Notes: generated by a model from the letters alone, not told the origin. Counted from the stretch's first letter, positions 44,607 to 54,061 are shown. The stretch is DNA of 56,528 nucleotides from Peptostreptococcaceae bacterium (GCA_029983575.1 JASBZE010000001.1:1-56528); one strand, 5' to 3'. Translations and numbers: made by a program.

Positions 44607-47600
44607 ATGCAAATAAAAAATAAAAATATAAAGCTAAATAGAATAAGGAAGTACTCTCTTATATGTCTTTTTGCCATAGTACTCAGAATACTGTTTATGA
44701 CGACTTTCAAACACGAGCACTACAACGAACTGGCAGAAAATAAGACATATAAGAAACTCAGTGTTCAGGCCCCAAGAGGAGAGATAAGAGATAGATTCGG
44801 CAGGCTTATAGCGGGAAATAAAACCCAGTTTGCGATCCAAGTCTCCGGTGACGCCTTGAACAAAAAAAATAAAAATAATGCCGAAGACTCAAATAGGGTC
44901 AGTCTAAATATAATTAGGCTTTTGGAGAAAAACAACGAAGAGTATGTAGATGAGTTTCCGATATATTATGAAAACGAGAAATTCTTCTATACTTTTGATA
45001 GAAATATAAATAGATTTAGGGATAAAAATGCGATACCAAAGGATATGAACGCCAAGGACGTTTTTAAGCTTATGCTTGAAAGGTCTATACAAGAGGGAAA
45101 TGTACCCGTAGATATCAAAAATTTAACTCCTAAACAGCAACAGACTATGTTAAACGAAAATGGAGTATATCCTCCTGTGTCAATTGTCGATTGGAAATTC
45201 ATAGAGCAAAAATCAAAGGAAGAATGGCTAAATAGTTATGGACTCGATAAAAATCTTTCTGCTGAAGAGGCATTTAAAAAAATAAGAAAGACAAAGTACA
45301 TGAATATACCCGACTCCTATGACGATATAAATGCTAGAAAGATAATGTTAGTTAAGGATCTAATCAGATCTAAGGGGTACACGCAGTATTCGCCCGTTAC
45401 GATAGCAAAAAACATAAGCGAGAAGACAATATCTGAAGTCGAGGAGAATTCAATAAACCTGAGGGGGATTTCAGTAGCTGTCGAGCAAGTCAGATACTAT
45501 CCAAACGAAAAACTAGCCTCTCACATCCTAGGTCACGTCGGAAAAATTCCGGCTACCCTAGAACAGAAGTACGTTGAAAAAGGCTATAACAAGGAGGATA
45601 TAGTCGGTCTACAGGGCTTAGAGAAAACTTATGAGAATAAACTCAGGGGTGTTGACGGATATAAGGAAGTAAAGGTAGATGCCCTTGGTAGAATAAGTCA
45701 GGAGATAAAGTCCGTGTCGCCTAAATCTGGTGATACCATGTATTTGACTATAGATTCAGATGTTCAAAAAGTTGCGGAAGACTCTCTAGAAAAGGCAATT
45801 AAATCTGCTAGAAGCGGTTCTGGTTTTGAAAGTAAATTTGGAAATATCAGTTTTGGCGAGGCAGCTCCCAAGGCAAATTCCGGAGCAGTTATAGCAGTTG
45901 ATATAAAAGACGGAAAGGTTTTGGCATCTGCCAGTTATCCTGATTTCGATCCAAATGAGTTTGCAAAGGGGATATCGAGTGATAGGTATAAGGAATTACA
46001 ACCATCAAATTTAAACGATCTACTCGCCCCAAACCCTCTTTTAAATTTGGTAACCCAGGGTGTATTTCAGCCCGGTTCAACATTTAAGATGGTAACGGCA
46101 ATGGCTGGACTAGAAAATGGACTCAATCCAAATATGACAATTAACGACAAGGGTGTTATAAGGCTTGGACAAAAGACTTTTGCCGACTACGTATGGAACT
46201 TTGGTGGCAGAAATCACGGAATAGTAAATATGTACAAGGCACTTCAAGAATCGTGTAATATATATTTCTATTCAATTGGTGCTGGCAAGGATTTTAACAG
46301 CGGCAAGGACCTGCCTATAAAAATGGGTCCAAATAAGGTTTTAGAGTACGCTAAGAAGTTTGGATTCGATGAGCCATCAGGATTGGATAAAGAAATAGAA
46401 GAGAGGCAGGGAAAGGTTCCCGACGAGAAGACAAAACTTGAAACCACAAAGGAAATGCTAAGGAGCGACTTAAGTAAGAGGATGAAAAAAGACTTCAAAG
46501 GTATTGACGGTGACAAGGATAAAAGTGCTTATCAAGGAAAGATAGACACAATCGTAAGTTGGATAGATGAAGATAAAACTCCAGGTAGGGTAGAAACCAT
46601 GAAGAGGTTAGATGAGCTTGGAGTTAAGGAAGAAAAAATAGAGGAGATCGCCGACTTAGCCGTATTTACCTACTTTAATTTCGCAAAGTGGTCTACTGCC
46701 GATACCTTCAACTTAAGTATTGGACAGGGAGAAAATGCATACAACCCCGCTCAAGTGGTCAGGTATACAGCTTCTATTGCAAATGGAGGAAAATTAGTTG
46801 ACCTAAGCCTTTTAGAAAAGACAGTATCGAGTGATTTTAGTGAAGTAAGCATAAAAAAGCACAAGTCAAAGGACATTAAGTTCGATGACAGTTCAAGACT
46901 CGGTGAGATAAAAAAAGGAATGGTCAGGGTTTCTACTCAAGGAACGGCTAAATCAGTATTTGGAAACTTCCCTATAGAGGTTGCATCAAAGACTGGTACT
47001 GCGGAAAAAAGCGGTAAAATACCTACGGAGAACGAATATGAGTATTTAAAATCCCATATAAGTTATTACGGCGTCGACTTGAGCGAGGCACTTAAGCTTT
47101 CAGATAAATACAAGAGGGAAAAGGAAAGAGAGCTTTTGAAAAATAAGCTTGACTCTCTTAACAATGAGCTAAAATCTAAGCAGATGTCTAAGGAAAGACG
47201 TGAGGAGATACGAAAAGAGATAAAAAACACAACTCAAGTAAAGCTAGAAGACAATGACAAGATAAATGCATTTTATCTAAGAAAGGCGATAAAGGAGTTA
47301 AATCCAAAGATAAGTGACGATAGGATTGATTCATTTAAACCAAACTACGGGTCATTTGCATGGGCGGTGGCTTTTGCTCCAGCAGATAATCCGGAAATTG
47401 CAATAGCTTGTGTAATACCTCAAGGAGAGACGTCAAATTACGCCTTGCTACCCATTAGAGAAATTATCGGGGAGTACTTTCATCTAAACGTTGAAAAAAG
47501 TGATGAGGCGGATAAAAACAACAAAGTAAAAGAAAAAAATATCGACCCTAAAGATGATGATTTTAGCGATAGGAAAGATAGGGAAAATAAAGACGGTGAA

Positions 47601-47717
47601 TTAAATAGAACTGATAACAGATTTACCGTAGATACAAATGATGATAAAATAAAAAAAGACGAAGGTAATCATACTGGGAGAACAGAACAGTATAATAAAT
47701 TCAGGGAAAATAATTAG
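44607..47717 (+). CDS. mrdA: Class B penicillin-binding protein 2 (elongation transpeptidase), unusually long with internal insertions
   Basis: 1036 aa. N-terminal anchor and PBP dimerisation domain. SxxK = S491-T-F-K494 (nt 46077-46088). SxN = S549-C-N (nt 46251-46259). KTG = K795-T-G (nt 46989-46997). A rodA gene lies immediately downstream. Confidence 0.88.
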   Translation: MQIKNKNIKLNRIRKYSLICLFAIVLRILFMTTFKHEHYNELAENKTYKKLSVQAPRGEIRDRFGRLIAGNKTQFAIQVSGDALNKKNKNNAEDSNRVSLNIIRLLEKNNEEYVDEFPIYYENEKFFYTFDRNINRFRDKNAIPKDMNAKDVFKLMLERSIQEGNVPVDIKNLTPKQQQTMLNENGVYPPVSIVDWKFIEQKSKEEWLNSYGLDKNLSAEEAFKKIRKTKYMNIPDSYDDINARKIMLVKDLIRSKGYTQYSPVTIAKNISEKTISEVEENSINLRGISVAVEQVRYYPNEKLASHILGHVGKIPATLEQKYVEKGYNKEDIVGLQGLEKTYENKLRGVDGYKEVKVDALGRISQEIKSVSPKSGDTMYLTIDSDVQKVAEDSLEKAIKSARSGSGFESKFGNISFGEAAPKANSGAVIAVDIKDGKVLASASYPDFDPNEFAKGISSDRYKELQPSNLNDLLAPNPLLNLVTQGVFQPGSTFKMVTAMAGLENGLNPNMTINDKGVIRLGQKTFADYVWNFGGRNHGIVNMYKALQESCNIYFYSIGAGKDFNSGKDLPIKMGPNKVLEYAKKFGFDEPSGLDKEIEERQGKVPDEKTKLETTKEMLRSDLSKRMKKDFKGIDGDKDKSAYQGKIDTIVSWIDEDKTPGRVETMKRLDELGVKEEKIEEIADLAVFTYFNFAKWSTADTFNLSIGQGENAYNPAQVVRYTASIANGGKLVDLSLLEKTVSSDFSEVSIKKHKSKDIKFDDSSRLGEIKKGMVRVSTQGTAKSVFGNFPIEVASKTGTAEKSGKIPTENEYEYLKSHISYYGVDLSEALKLSDKYKREKERELLKNKLDSLNNELKSKQMSKERREEIRKEIKNTTQVKLEDNDKINAFYLRKAIKELNPKISDDRIDSFKPNYGSFAWAVAFAPADNPEIAIACVIPQGETSNYALLPIREIIGEYFHLNVEKSDEADKNNKVKEKNIDPKDDDFSDRKDRENKDGELNRTDNRFTVDTNDDKIKKDEGNHTGRTEQYNKFRENN

Positions 47718-47731
47718 GAGAGGAGGAGAAG

Positions 47732-48847
47732 ATGAAAAGAAGATATCAAATTAAGTTGATAAGGGAACTTGATTTTAAACTAATTAGTATAGTGCTTTTA
47801 ATTTTTTGCTATGGGCTTCTCATCCTCTCCAGTGCAACCCACGCCAATATTACAAAGGACTTCACTCAGATATACAAACAGGTTTTAGCTTTTGCTTTAG
47901 GAAGTCTAGGTATAGTAATACTTATTCTTTTTGATTACAACAAGATAGGAAACTACTACAAACTACTGTATGCGATAAGTTTATTTTTGTTAGGTATAAC
48001 GATGATACCGGGGATAGGAGCTATCAGAGGTGGGGCTAGGTCGTGGATTAACTTAGGACCACTTGATTTACAGACCTCAGAGATAGTAAAACTCACCTTT
48101 ATATTATCATACGCAAAGATAATAGAGTCCTACAGAGGTAAACTCAACGACCTAAAAAATATATTAAAGGCATTTTCATATGGACTGCCATTTATAATGC
48201 TGCTCTTGGCTCAGCCAGATCTCGGAACGGCAATAGTATTTTTCTGCATAATAGCAGCTATGATGTACGTTGCTGGAATAAACATGAAGTTTGTAAGGCG
48301 CGCCCTTTTAATTTTTATTCTATGTATGCCGCTTATATACCTAACATTAGACAATCATCAAAAAGTTAGGATAGATGCGTTTTTACATCCGGAAAATTTA
48401 GAACTAAAGGGAAATTATCAAGTTATGCAGAGCTTGATAGCTATTGGTTCCGGGGGCATTACGGGAAAGGGAATATATCACGGAAGCCAAAATCAAGAGA
48501 ATTTTCTTCCGGTTCAAGACTCTGACTTTATTTTTGCAGTCATTGGCGAGGAATTAGGGGCAATTGGAATGATAGCAGCGATAATTATGTACTCCTACTT
48601 TATATCGCGGCTGGTCCATATAGCAAAGACGTCTAAGAATTTTTATGGGACTCTTGTATCTATAGGAGTTTTTGGAATGTTTACCTATCAAATAGTGCAA
48701 AATATAGCTATGACTGTGGCTTTGATGCCTGTGACTGGGGTTACACTACCATTTATTAGTTACGGAGGAAGTTCACTGCTCACTTCTTTGGCTAGTGTAG
48801 GACTAGTACTAAATGTTTATATGAGAAGAAAGAAAATTAACTTCTAA
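47732..48847 (+). CDS. rodA: SEDS-family peptidoglycan glycosyltransferase RodA
   Basis: 371 aa FtsW/RodA/SpoVE-family membrane protein (QPDLGTA, LPFISYGGSS). The RodA assignment rests on its position next to mreBCD-PBP2. Confidence 0.88.
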   Translation: MKRRYQIKLIRELDFKLISIVLLIFCYGLLILSSATHANITKDFTQIYKQVLAFALGSLGIVILILFDYNKIGNYYKLLYAISLFLLGITMIPGIGAIRGGARSWINLGPLDLQTSEIVKLTFILSYAKIIESYRGKLNDLKNILKAFSYGLPFIMLLLAQPDLGTAIVFFCIIAAMMYVAGINMKFVRRALLIFILCMPLIYLTLDNHQKVRIDAFLHPENLELKGNYQVMQSLIAIGSGGITGKGIYHGSQNQENFLPVQDSDFIFAVIGEELGAIGMIAAIIMYSYFISRLVHIAKTSKNFYGTLVSIGVFGMFTYQIVQNIAMTVALMPVTGVTLPFISYGGSSLLTSLASVGLVLNVYMRRKKINF

Positions 48848-49138
48848 ACCCATTGGTTACACATTGATATGTGTGATATAATGTGAATAGAAGTTTAATT
48901 TTTTTTTAACGAAAATACTTTTTATAATACGATTTAAAGTTGTGTTAAAATTAAGTTTTAAGTGGTAATTGAAATTTATGTATTATAAAAAAACAATAGA
49001 GATAGATAAGGGATGTATATGATAAGAAATAAAGAAAACAAATTGAATCAATCAAGGGAAATTACAAACAAAGAACTCATCGATTCATATGACAGTATGA
49101 GAAAAACAAATAGAAAAGGCGATGGGGATGTTAATAAA

Positions 49139-50980
49139 ATGCCGATTGAGAAAATACTTAAGAAGGTTTCAAAACCAGCTAGATATATAGGAAATGAGGT
49201 AAACTCAATCCATAAAAATACCGGGGAGAAAAGGTATTTGAGATACGCCCACTGTTTTCCGGATTTGTATGAAGTTGGAATGAGTCATCTGGGTAGTCAT
49301 ATTTTATATGACGTTTTAAACAAGGAAGAGGATATTTATTGTGAGAGGGTTTACGCTCCGGATATCGACATGGAAGAAATAATGAGAAAAGAGGGCATAA
49401 AACTTTTCGGACTTGAGTCGAGAGAGGCTATTTTGGATTTCGATGTTGTGGCTTTTACACTTCAGTACGAATTGTGTTATACAAATATACTAAATATGCT
49501 GGATTTATCAGGGATACCTTTACTCAGAGAAGAGAGAAAGGATCTGAGTTTTCCGCTGATTATGGTAGGGGGCTCTTGTAGTTATAATGTAGAGCCTATG
49601 AGTGATTTTATAGACGTCGCCATTTTAGGTGAGGGAGAATACGTAAACGTCGAGGTAGCTAAGAGACTAAAGGCATTTAAAGATTCTGGAAACACAAATA
49701 AGGAGGAATTTTTAAAATCCATTTTAGATATTGAGGGCGTGTACGTTCCTTCTTTTTACGAAGTTAAATACAATGACGATATGACGGTAAAGAGCGTACT
49801 TCCTATTGTAGAGGGGGCGCCTAAAAGGCCTAAAAAGAGGATTGTTAGCGATATGGATGAGGTAGAGTATCCAGAAAAGCTGATAGTTCCATATATTGAT
49901 ACAATTCACGACAGGATAGTATTAGAACTTTTTAGAGGATGTACCAGGGGTTGTAGATTTTGTCAAGCGGGTATGATATACAGGCCAATAAGGGAGAAGT
50001 CACTGGATAGGTTAAAGGACATACTAAAAAATATGATAGCAAATACCGGTTATGATGAGATTTCTCTTTCTTCTTTAAGTACGAGCGACTACTCAAAAAT
50101 TGACGAGCTTACTGACTACCTAGTCGATGAGTACGCGTCAAATAATATCGGGATTTCACTGCCTTCACTTAGGTTGGATAATTTCTCCATGGACATTGCA
50201 GAAAAAATTCAACAGGTTAGAAAATCATCTCTGACATTTGCTCCAGAGGCCGGTTCTCAGAGGATGAGGGATGTCATAAACAAGGGTGTGACAGAACAAG
50301 ATTTAGAGCGTGCAACTAGTAGGGCATTTGAGATGGGATGGAACTCAGTAAAGCTTTACTTTATGATTGGGCTTCCAACAGAAACAGAAGATGATCTAAA
50401 AGGGATATCAGACCTAGCATACAGGGTAATAGATATATATAGAGATGTAAATGACGGGAAACTGAGAAAGAAATTCTCCGTGACAGTCAGCACATCGACT
50501 TTTGTACCGAAGCCATTCACTCCATTTCAATGGCACGGTCAAGATACTCAAGATGAGATAAAGGATAAGCAAAAATATTTGACTAATTTGATGAGAAACA
50601 GGATAATAAAGTATAACTATCACGACTCAAAAACTTCGATGATGGAGGCTGTTTTTGCAAGAGGTGATAGGAGACTAGGTAAGGTGCTATTGGATGCATT
50701 TAAGCTAGGAGCTAAGTTTGATGGATGGATGGAACACTTCAGCCTTGAAAGATGGCAGGAAGCCATGGATAAAAATGGGCTAGACATAAGTTTCTATGCT
50801 CATAGGGAGAGAGATTACGATGAAGTATTCCCTTGGGATCACATAGACGTGGGAGTCACAAAAGAGTTTTTAATAAGGGAAAATGAAAAAGCTAAGGAAG
50901 CTTCCCTTACAAGTGACTGTAGACTTAGCTGCAAAGGCTGTGGTATAAATACATCTACAATTGGAAAGGGGTTATGTTAA
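49139..50980 (+). CDS. B12-binding-domain-like radical SAM protein, TIGR03960-like family
   Basis: CTRGCRFCQAG is the CxxxCxxC radical SAM motif. The family-typical N-terminus ...ILKKVSKPARYIGNEVNS suggests a start at the ATG at 49139. The ORF track extends the reading frame up to 49013. Confidence 0.8.
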   Translation: MPIEKILKKVSKPARYIGNEVNSIHKNTGEKRYLRYAHCFPDLYEVGMSHLGSHILYDVLNKEEDIYCERVYAPDIDMEEIMRKEGIKLFGLESREAILDFDVVAFTLQYELCYTNILNMLDLSGIPLLREERKDLSFPLIMVGGSCSYNVEPMSDFIDVAILGEGEYVNVEVAKRLKAFKDSGNTNKEEFLKSILDIEGVYVPSFYEVKYNDDMTVKSVLPIVEGAPKRPKKRIVSDMDEVEYPEKLIVPYIDTIHDRIVLELFRGCTRGCRFCQAGMIYRPIREKSLDRLKDILKNMIANTGYDEISLSSLSTSDYSKIDELTDYLVDEYASNNIGISLPSLRLDNFSMDIAEKIQQVRKSSLTFAPEAGSQRMRDVINKGVTEQDLERATSRAFEMGWNSVKLYFMIGLPTETEDDLKGISDLAYRVIDIYRDVNDGKLRKKFSVTVSTSTFVPKPFTPFQWHGQDTQDEIKDKQKYLTNLMRNRIIKYNYHDSKTSMMEAVFARGDRRLGKVLLDAFKLGAKFDGWMEHFSLERWQEAMDKNGLDISFYAHRERDYDEVFPWDHIDVGVTKEFLIRENEKAKEASLTSDCRLSCKGCGINTSTIGKGLC

Positions 50981-51690
50981 TGGGAAAGATATTTAGGACA
51001 AAATTTTTCAAACAAGGTGATATGATATACATCAGCCACCTTGATGTGCAGAGACTTTTTCACAGGGCTTTCAGAAGAGCCGGCATTGACCTCTCATATT
51101 CTCAAGGGTATAACCCTCATCCAAAGATGAGTTACGGTAATGCTCTGTCGCTTGGAATAGAGAGTCAAGGTGAGTACGTAGACATAGAGGTAGATGACGA
51201 TGTAAGTGCTCAGGATTTAGTCGACAAGGTAAATAATAAGTTACCTGATGGAATCCAGTTTATAAAAGCGGTAGAGATAGGTGAGGGGGAAAAATCCCTA
51301 TCATCTATGATAGAATACGGAGAATACATATTCTTTTTAGACTTAGATGCTCCACTTACAAAGGGATTTGTAAAAAATGCACTATTTGATTTCCTTTCAA
51401 AAGAGGAGATAATAGTGGAAAAGAAAAATAAAAAGGGCGTGGTTACCGAGACGAATATAAGACCGCTGATCAGAAATTTCGACATGATAGATTTAAACGA
51501 GGATAGACTAGTACTGACTGCTACTATAGCGACGGGTTCAAAGAGAAACTTAAACACGAATATATTCGTACCTATAATACTCGATGTCTTTGGAATAAAA
51601 CAGCATCCACTTGACGTTCACATTATCAGAAGAGACTTGTATTTTGAGGTTGACGGCAAGTTAGAGACTCCAATGTCAAAGTTTAAATAA
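50974..51690 (+). CDS. TIGR03936/DUF2344-like radical SAM-associated protein
   Basis: 238 aa. ISHLDVQRLFHRAFRRAGIDLSYSQGYNPHPKMSYGNALSLGIES matches the conserved DUF2344 N-terminal block. Overlaps the stop of the radical SAM gene. Confidence 0.75.
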   Translation: MLMGKIFRTKFFKQGDMIYISHLDVQRLFHRAFRRAGIDLSYSQGYNPHPKMSYGNALSLGIESQGEYVDIEVDDDVSAQDLVDKVNNKLPDGIQFIKAVEIGEGEKSLSSMIEYGEYIFFLDLDAPLTKGFVKNALFDFLSKEEIIVEKKNKKGVVTETNIRPLIRNFDMIDLNEDRLVLTATIATGSKRNLNTNIFVPIILDVFGIKQHPLDVHIIRRDLYFEVDGKLETPMSKFK

Positions 51691-51691
51691 G

Positions 51692-52906
51692 ATGAAGACC
51701 ATATATATTCAGACATCTCCTTATTTTGAAAAACTTGGCGTAAAAAAGGATGACAAGGTAGTAAAGTTAATTGGTATAGAAAAAGATAACCCAAGTATCA
51801 TAGGAAATATATACAGGGGAAAAATAAATAAGGTAGTAAAGAGTATCTCGGGGTATTTCGTCGATATAGGAAAAGATGAAGAAGTCTTTATGAGGATGAA
51901 TAAAAATAAAAGTTACTCCCCGGGCGAATACCTATATGTACAGGGCGTCACAGATGTCGACAAGGAGAAAAGAGCTAGGGTGACCGATGACATAAGCATA
52001 GGCGGTAAGTATTCAGTATTTTTGCCAGGAAAAGATGAAATAAAGTTTTCTAATAAAATAAAAGATGAGGCGCTTAAGAATAGCATAAGGGACAGTCTAA
52101 AGAGTTTTGGAATTGAGGATTCGGTTTTGGTAAGGACCGAGGCAAAAGATGCAAAAATAGAATTGATAACGAAAGAAGTAGAAGAATTAAAAAATGAATT
52201 TACCGATTTATGTAGTTCTATAAAAACATCAAAGGTTGGAATTGTAAGACAGGCCGATGAAATCAGAGATTACCTAATAAAAAATATAAACCTAGAAGAT
52301 GATATATTGATTACAAACGAGAAAAAATACTACGAACTGGTTAGAGACCTAATGAGGAAAAATAAGGTTTTTAATTACGACAACATCAGACTTGAAGAAT
52401 ATGATATATTCGGGGCTGAGGGACTTACCCAAGAGATTGAATATTGTAGAAGAGGTAGTTTCTACCTATCTAATGGATCAAATGTATTATTTGAAAAGAC
52501 ATCTGCCATGTGGACAATAGATATCAACTCATCTTCAAATATGAAAGGGAGTATTGAGACCACTGCATACAATTCAAATATCGGGGTAGTTGACGAGGTT
52601 GTACACAGGATAAACTTACTCGGGGTCAAGGGAATTATAGCAATAGATTTTATCAGTATGAAAAATAAAAAAAATATATCGTCTTTAGAGAATATCATGA
52701 AAAAAAAGCTCTACAAAGAAGATCATAATAGAATTGAGTTAACAGAGATAAACTCCCTAGGTGTAATGATGATGGCTAGACAAAATAGAGAAAAGACTTT
52801 TGACGATATGTTTCTAAAAGAACAGAAAGTTATCGGAGAAGGATATAGAGTATTTAAGGATTCATATACCAAGGATCTCAAGTACCACGAGAAAAAAATA
52901 GATTAA
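51692..52906 (+). CDS. rng: RNase E/G-family endoribonuclease, short form
   Basis: 404 aa. S1 domain (GNIYRGKINKVVKSISGYFVDIG), a VRT 5'-sensor-like motif, and DNase I-like catalytic Asp blocks (WTIDINSS, GIIAIDFISM). No CPxCxGxG Zn-link follows. Confidence 0.8.
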   Translation: MKTIYIQTSPYFEKLGVKKDDKVVKLIGIEKDNPSIIGNIYRGKINKVVKSISGYFVDIGKDEEVFMRMNKNKSYSPGEYLYVQGVTDVDKEKRARVTDDISIGGKYSVFLPGKDEIKFSNKIKDEALKNSIRDSLKSFGIEDSVLVRTEAKDAKIELITKEVEELKNEFTDLCSSIKTSKVGIVRQADEIRDYLIKNINLEDDILITNEKKYYELVRDLMRKNKVFNYDNIRLEEYDIFGAEGLTQEIEYCRRGSFYLSNGSNVLFEKTSAMWTIDINSSSNMKGSIETTAYNSNIGVVDEVVHRINLLGVKGIIAIDFISMKNKKNISSLENIMKKKLYKEDHNRIELTEINSLGVMMMARQNREKTFDDMFLKEQKVIGEGYRVFKDSYTKDLKYHEKKID

Positions 52907-53002
52907 AATTTCTACAAAAAACACAAAAGCTATAAAAATCGTAGAATTTCTATCGGAATTGACTTAACTATAGAAATTTCAACAAAAAAGTGCAAAAAAC
53001 AA

Positions 53003-53031
53003 TTGACTTTATGTTGACTTTACCGTATAAT
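53003..53031 (+). promoter_or_regulatory. Sigma-A promoter of rplU-prp-rpmA (TTGACT-17 nt-TATAAT)
   Basis: -35 at 53003-53008, a 17-nt spacer, and a perfect -10 at 53026-53031. Confidence 0.75.
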
Positions 53032-53037
53032 ATTCTA

Positions 53038-53110
53038 GTGATGCCGCACAGAAAGGGTCCTAAATCTTTTTGGAGATTCAAAAAGTACCCATATGGCGAG
53101 TTTAAAACCG
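53038..53110 (+). ncRNA. Putative L21 ribosomal-protein leader (structured 5' UTR of rplU)
   Basis: About 85-nt UTR between the promoter and the SD. It has a nested hairpin (GGGU..AAUCU-UUUUGG-AGAUU..ACCC). Firmicutes are known to carry an L21 leader at this position. I could not run a covariance-model check. Confidence 0.4.
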
Positions 53111-53122
53111 AGGAGGTGTAAT

Positions 53123-53434
53123 ATGTACGCTATAGTTGAAACTGGAGGAAAGCAATACAAAGTTGCTGAAGGTGATGTAATTTTCGTTGAAAAGCTAGAT
53201 GCTAACGATGGAGATGTAGTTACTTTCGACAAGGTATTAGCTTGTTCTAAAGAAGACGGCCTAGTAGTTGGAACTCCTGTAGTTGAGGGAGCTACTGTAA
53301 ACGCTAAGGTTGTTGAGCAAGGAAAAGCTAAGAAGATCATTGTTTTCAAATACAAGTCTAAGAAAGACTACAGAAGAAAGCAAGGACATAGACAACCATA
53401 TACAAAGGTTGTTATAGAAAAGATCAATGCATAG
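53123..53434 (+). CDS. rplU: 50S ribosomal protein L21
   Basis: 103 aa, [14 protein letters not shown].... A GAGGAGG SD favours the ATG at 53123. Confidence 0.96.
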   Translation: MYAIVETGGKQYKVAEGDVIFVEKLDANDGDVVTFDKVLACSKEDGLVVGTPVVEGATVNAKVVEQGKAKKIIVFKYKSKKDYRRKQGHRQPYTKVVIEKINA

Positions 53435-53436
53435 TC

Positions 53437-53772
53437 ATGATTAAGGTTTGTTTTTACAAATTGGACAATGGTATGATAGAAGGGTTTAAGTTAACAGGTC
53501 ATGCAGATTACGACGATATTGGGCTGGATATAATATGTGCAGCCGTAACATCAAATGCAATAGCCGTCATAAACTCTCTAGAAAAAATTGTTAAATCAGA
53601 ATTTGAAAGAGTGAGTGCAGATGAGGGGATAATAGAATGTTTCGTGACTAGGGATTCTCTTAAAGATTCTCAGTTGTTTTTTGAACATTTGAAGCTTGCA
53701 CTTACTAAAATAGAACAAGAGTATCCCGATAATATTAAAATTTTGGAAGTGGGAGGTGACTCCAAATGTTAA
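53437..53772 (+). CDS. prp: Ribosomal-processing cysteine protease Prp (YsxB)
   Basis: 111 aa between rplU and rpmA. The conserved His (TGHADY) and Cys (DIICAAVTS) are present. Confidence 0.88.
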   Translation: MIKVCFYKLDNGMIEGFKLTGHADYDDIGLDIICAAVTSNAIAVINSLEKIVKSEFERVSADEGIIECFVTRDSLKDSQLFFEHLKLALTKIEQEYPDNIKILEVGGDSKC

Positions 53773-54056
53773 AGATGAACTTACAACTTCTAGCATCAAA
53801 AAAGGGGGTTGGATCTTCTAAAAACGGTAGAGATTCAGTTTCTAAGAGACTTGGTGTTAAGAGATTTGATGGTCAGCTAGTTACTGCTGGAAGTATCATA
53901 GTTAGACAAAGAGGTACAAAAATTCATCCAGGAACTAATGTAGGTAAAGGTGGAGATGACACTTTATTCGCTACAGTTGATGGAAGAGTTAAATTTGAAA
54001 GATTAGATAAGAAAAGAAAGAAAGTTTCTATCTATCCAATAGCTCAAGAGGCTTAG
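53766..54056 (+). CDS. rpmA: 50S ribosomal protein L27 with a cleavable N-terminal extension
   Basis: 96 aa. [24 protein letters not shown]... is the Firmicute-type propeptide upstream of the mature ASKKG N-terminus. Confidence 0.95.
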   Translation: MLKMNLQLLASKKGVGSSKNGRDSVSKRLGVKRFDGQLVTAGSIIVRQRGTKIHPGTNVGKGGDDTLFATVDGRVKFERLDKKRKKVSIYPIAQEA

Positions 54057-54061
54057 TATTG

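Noticed and set aside
49013-49138. The 42-codon Lys/Asn-rich N-terminal extension of the radical SAM ORF could be a genuine extra domain.
   Set aside because: The family-typical N-terminus starts at the ATG at 49139. The extension is low-complexity, and my hand translation of this stretch did not agree cleanly with the track. I treat it as probable non-coding leader pending computational re-check.
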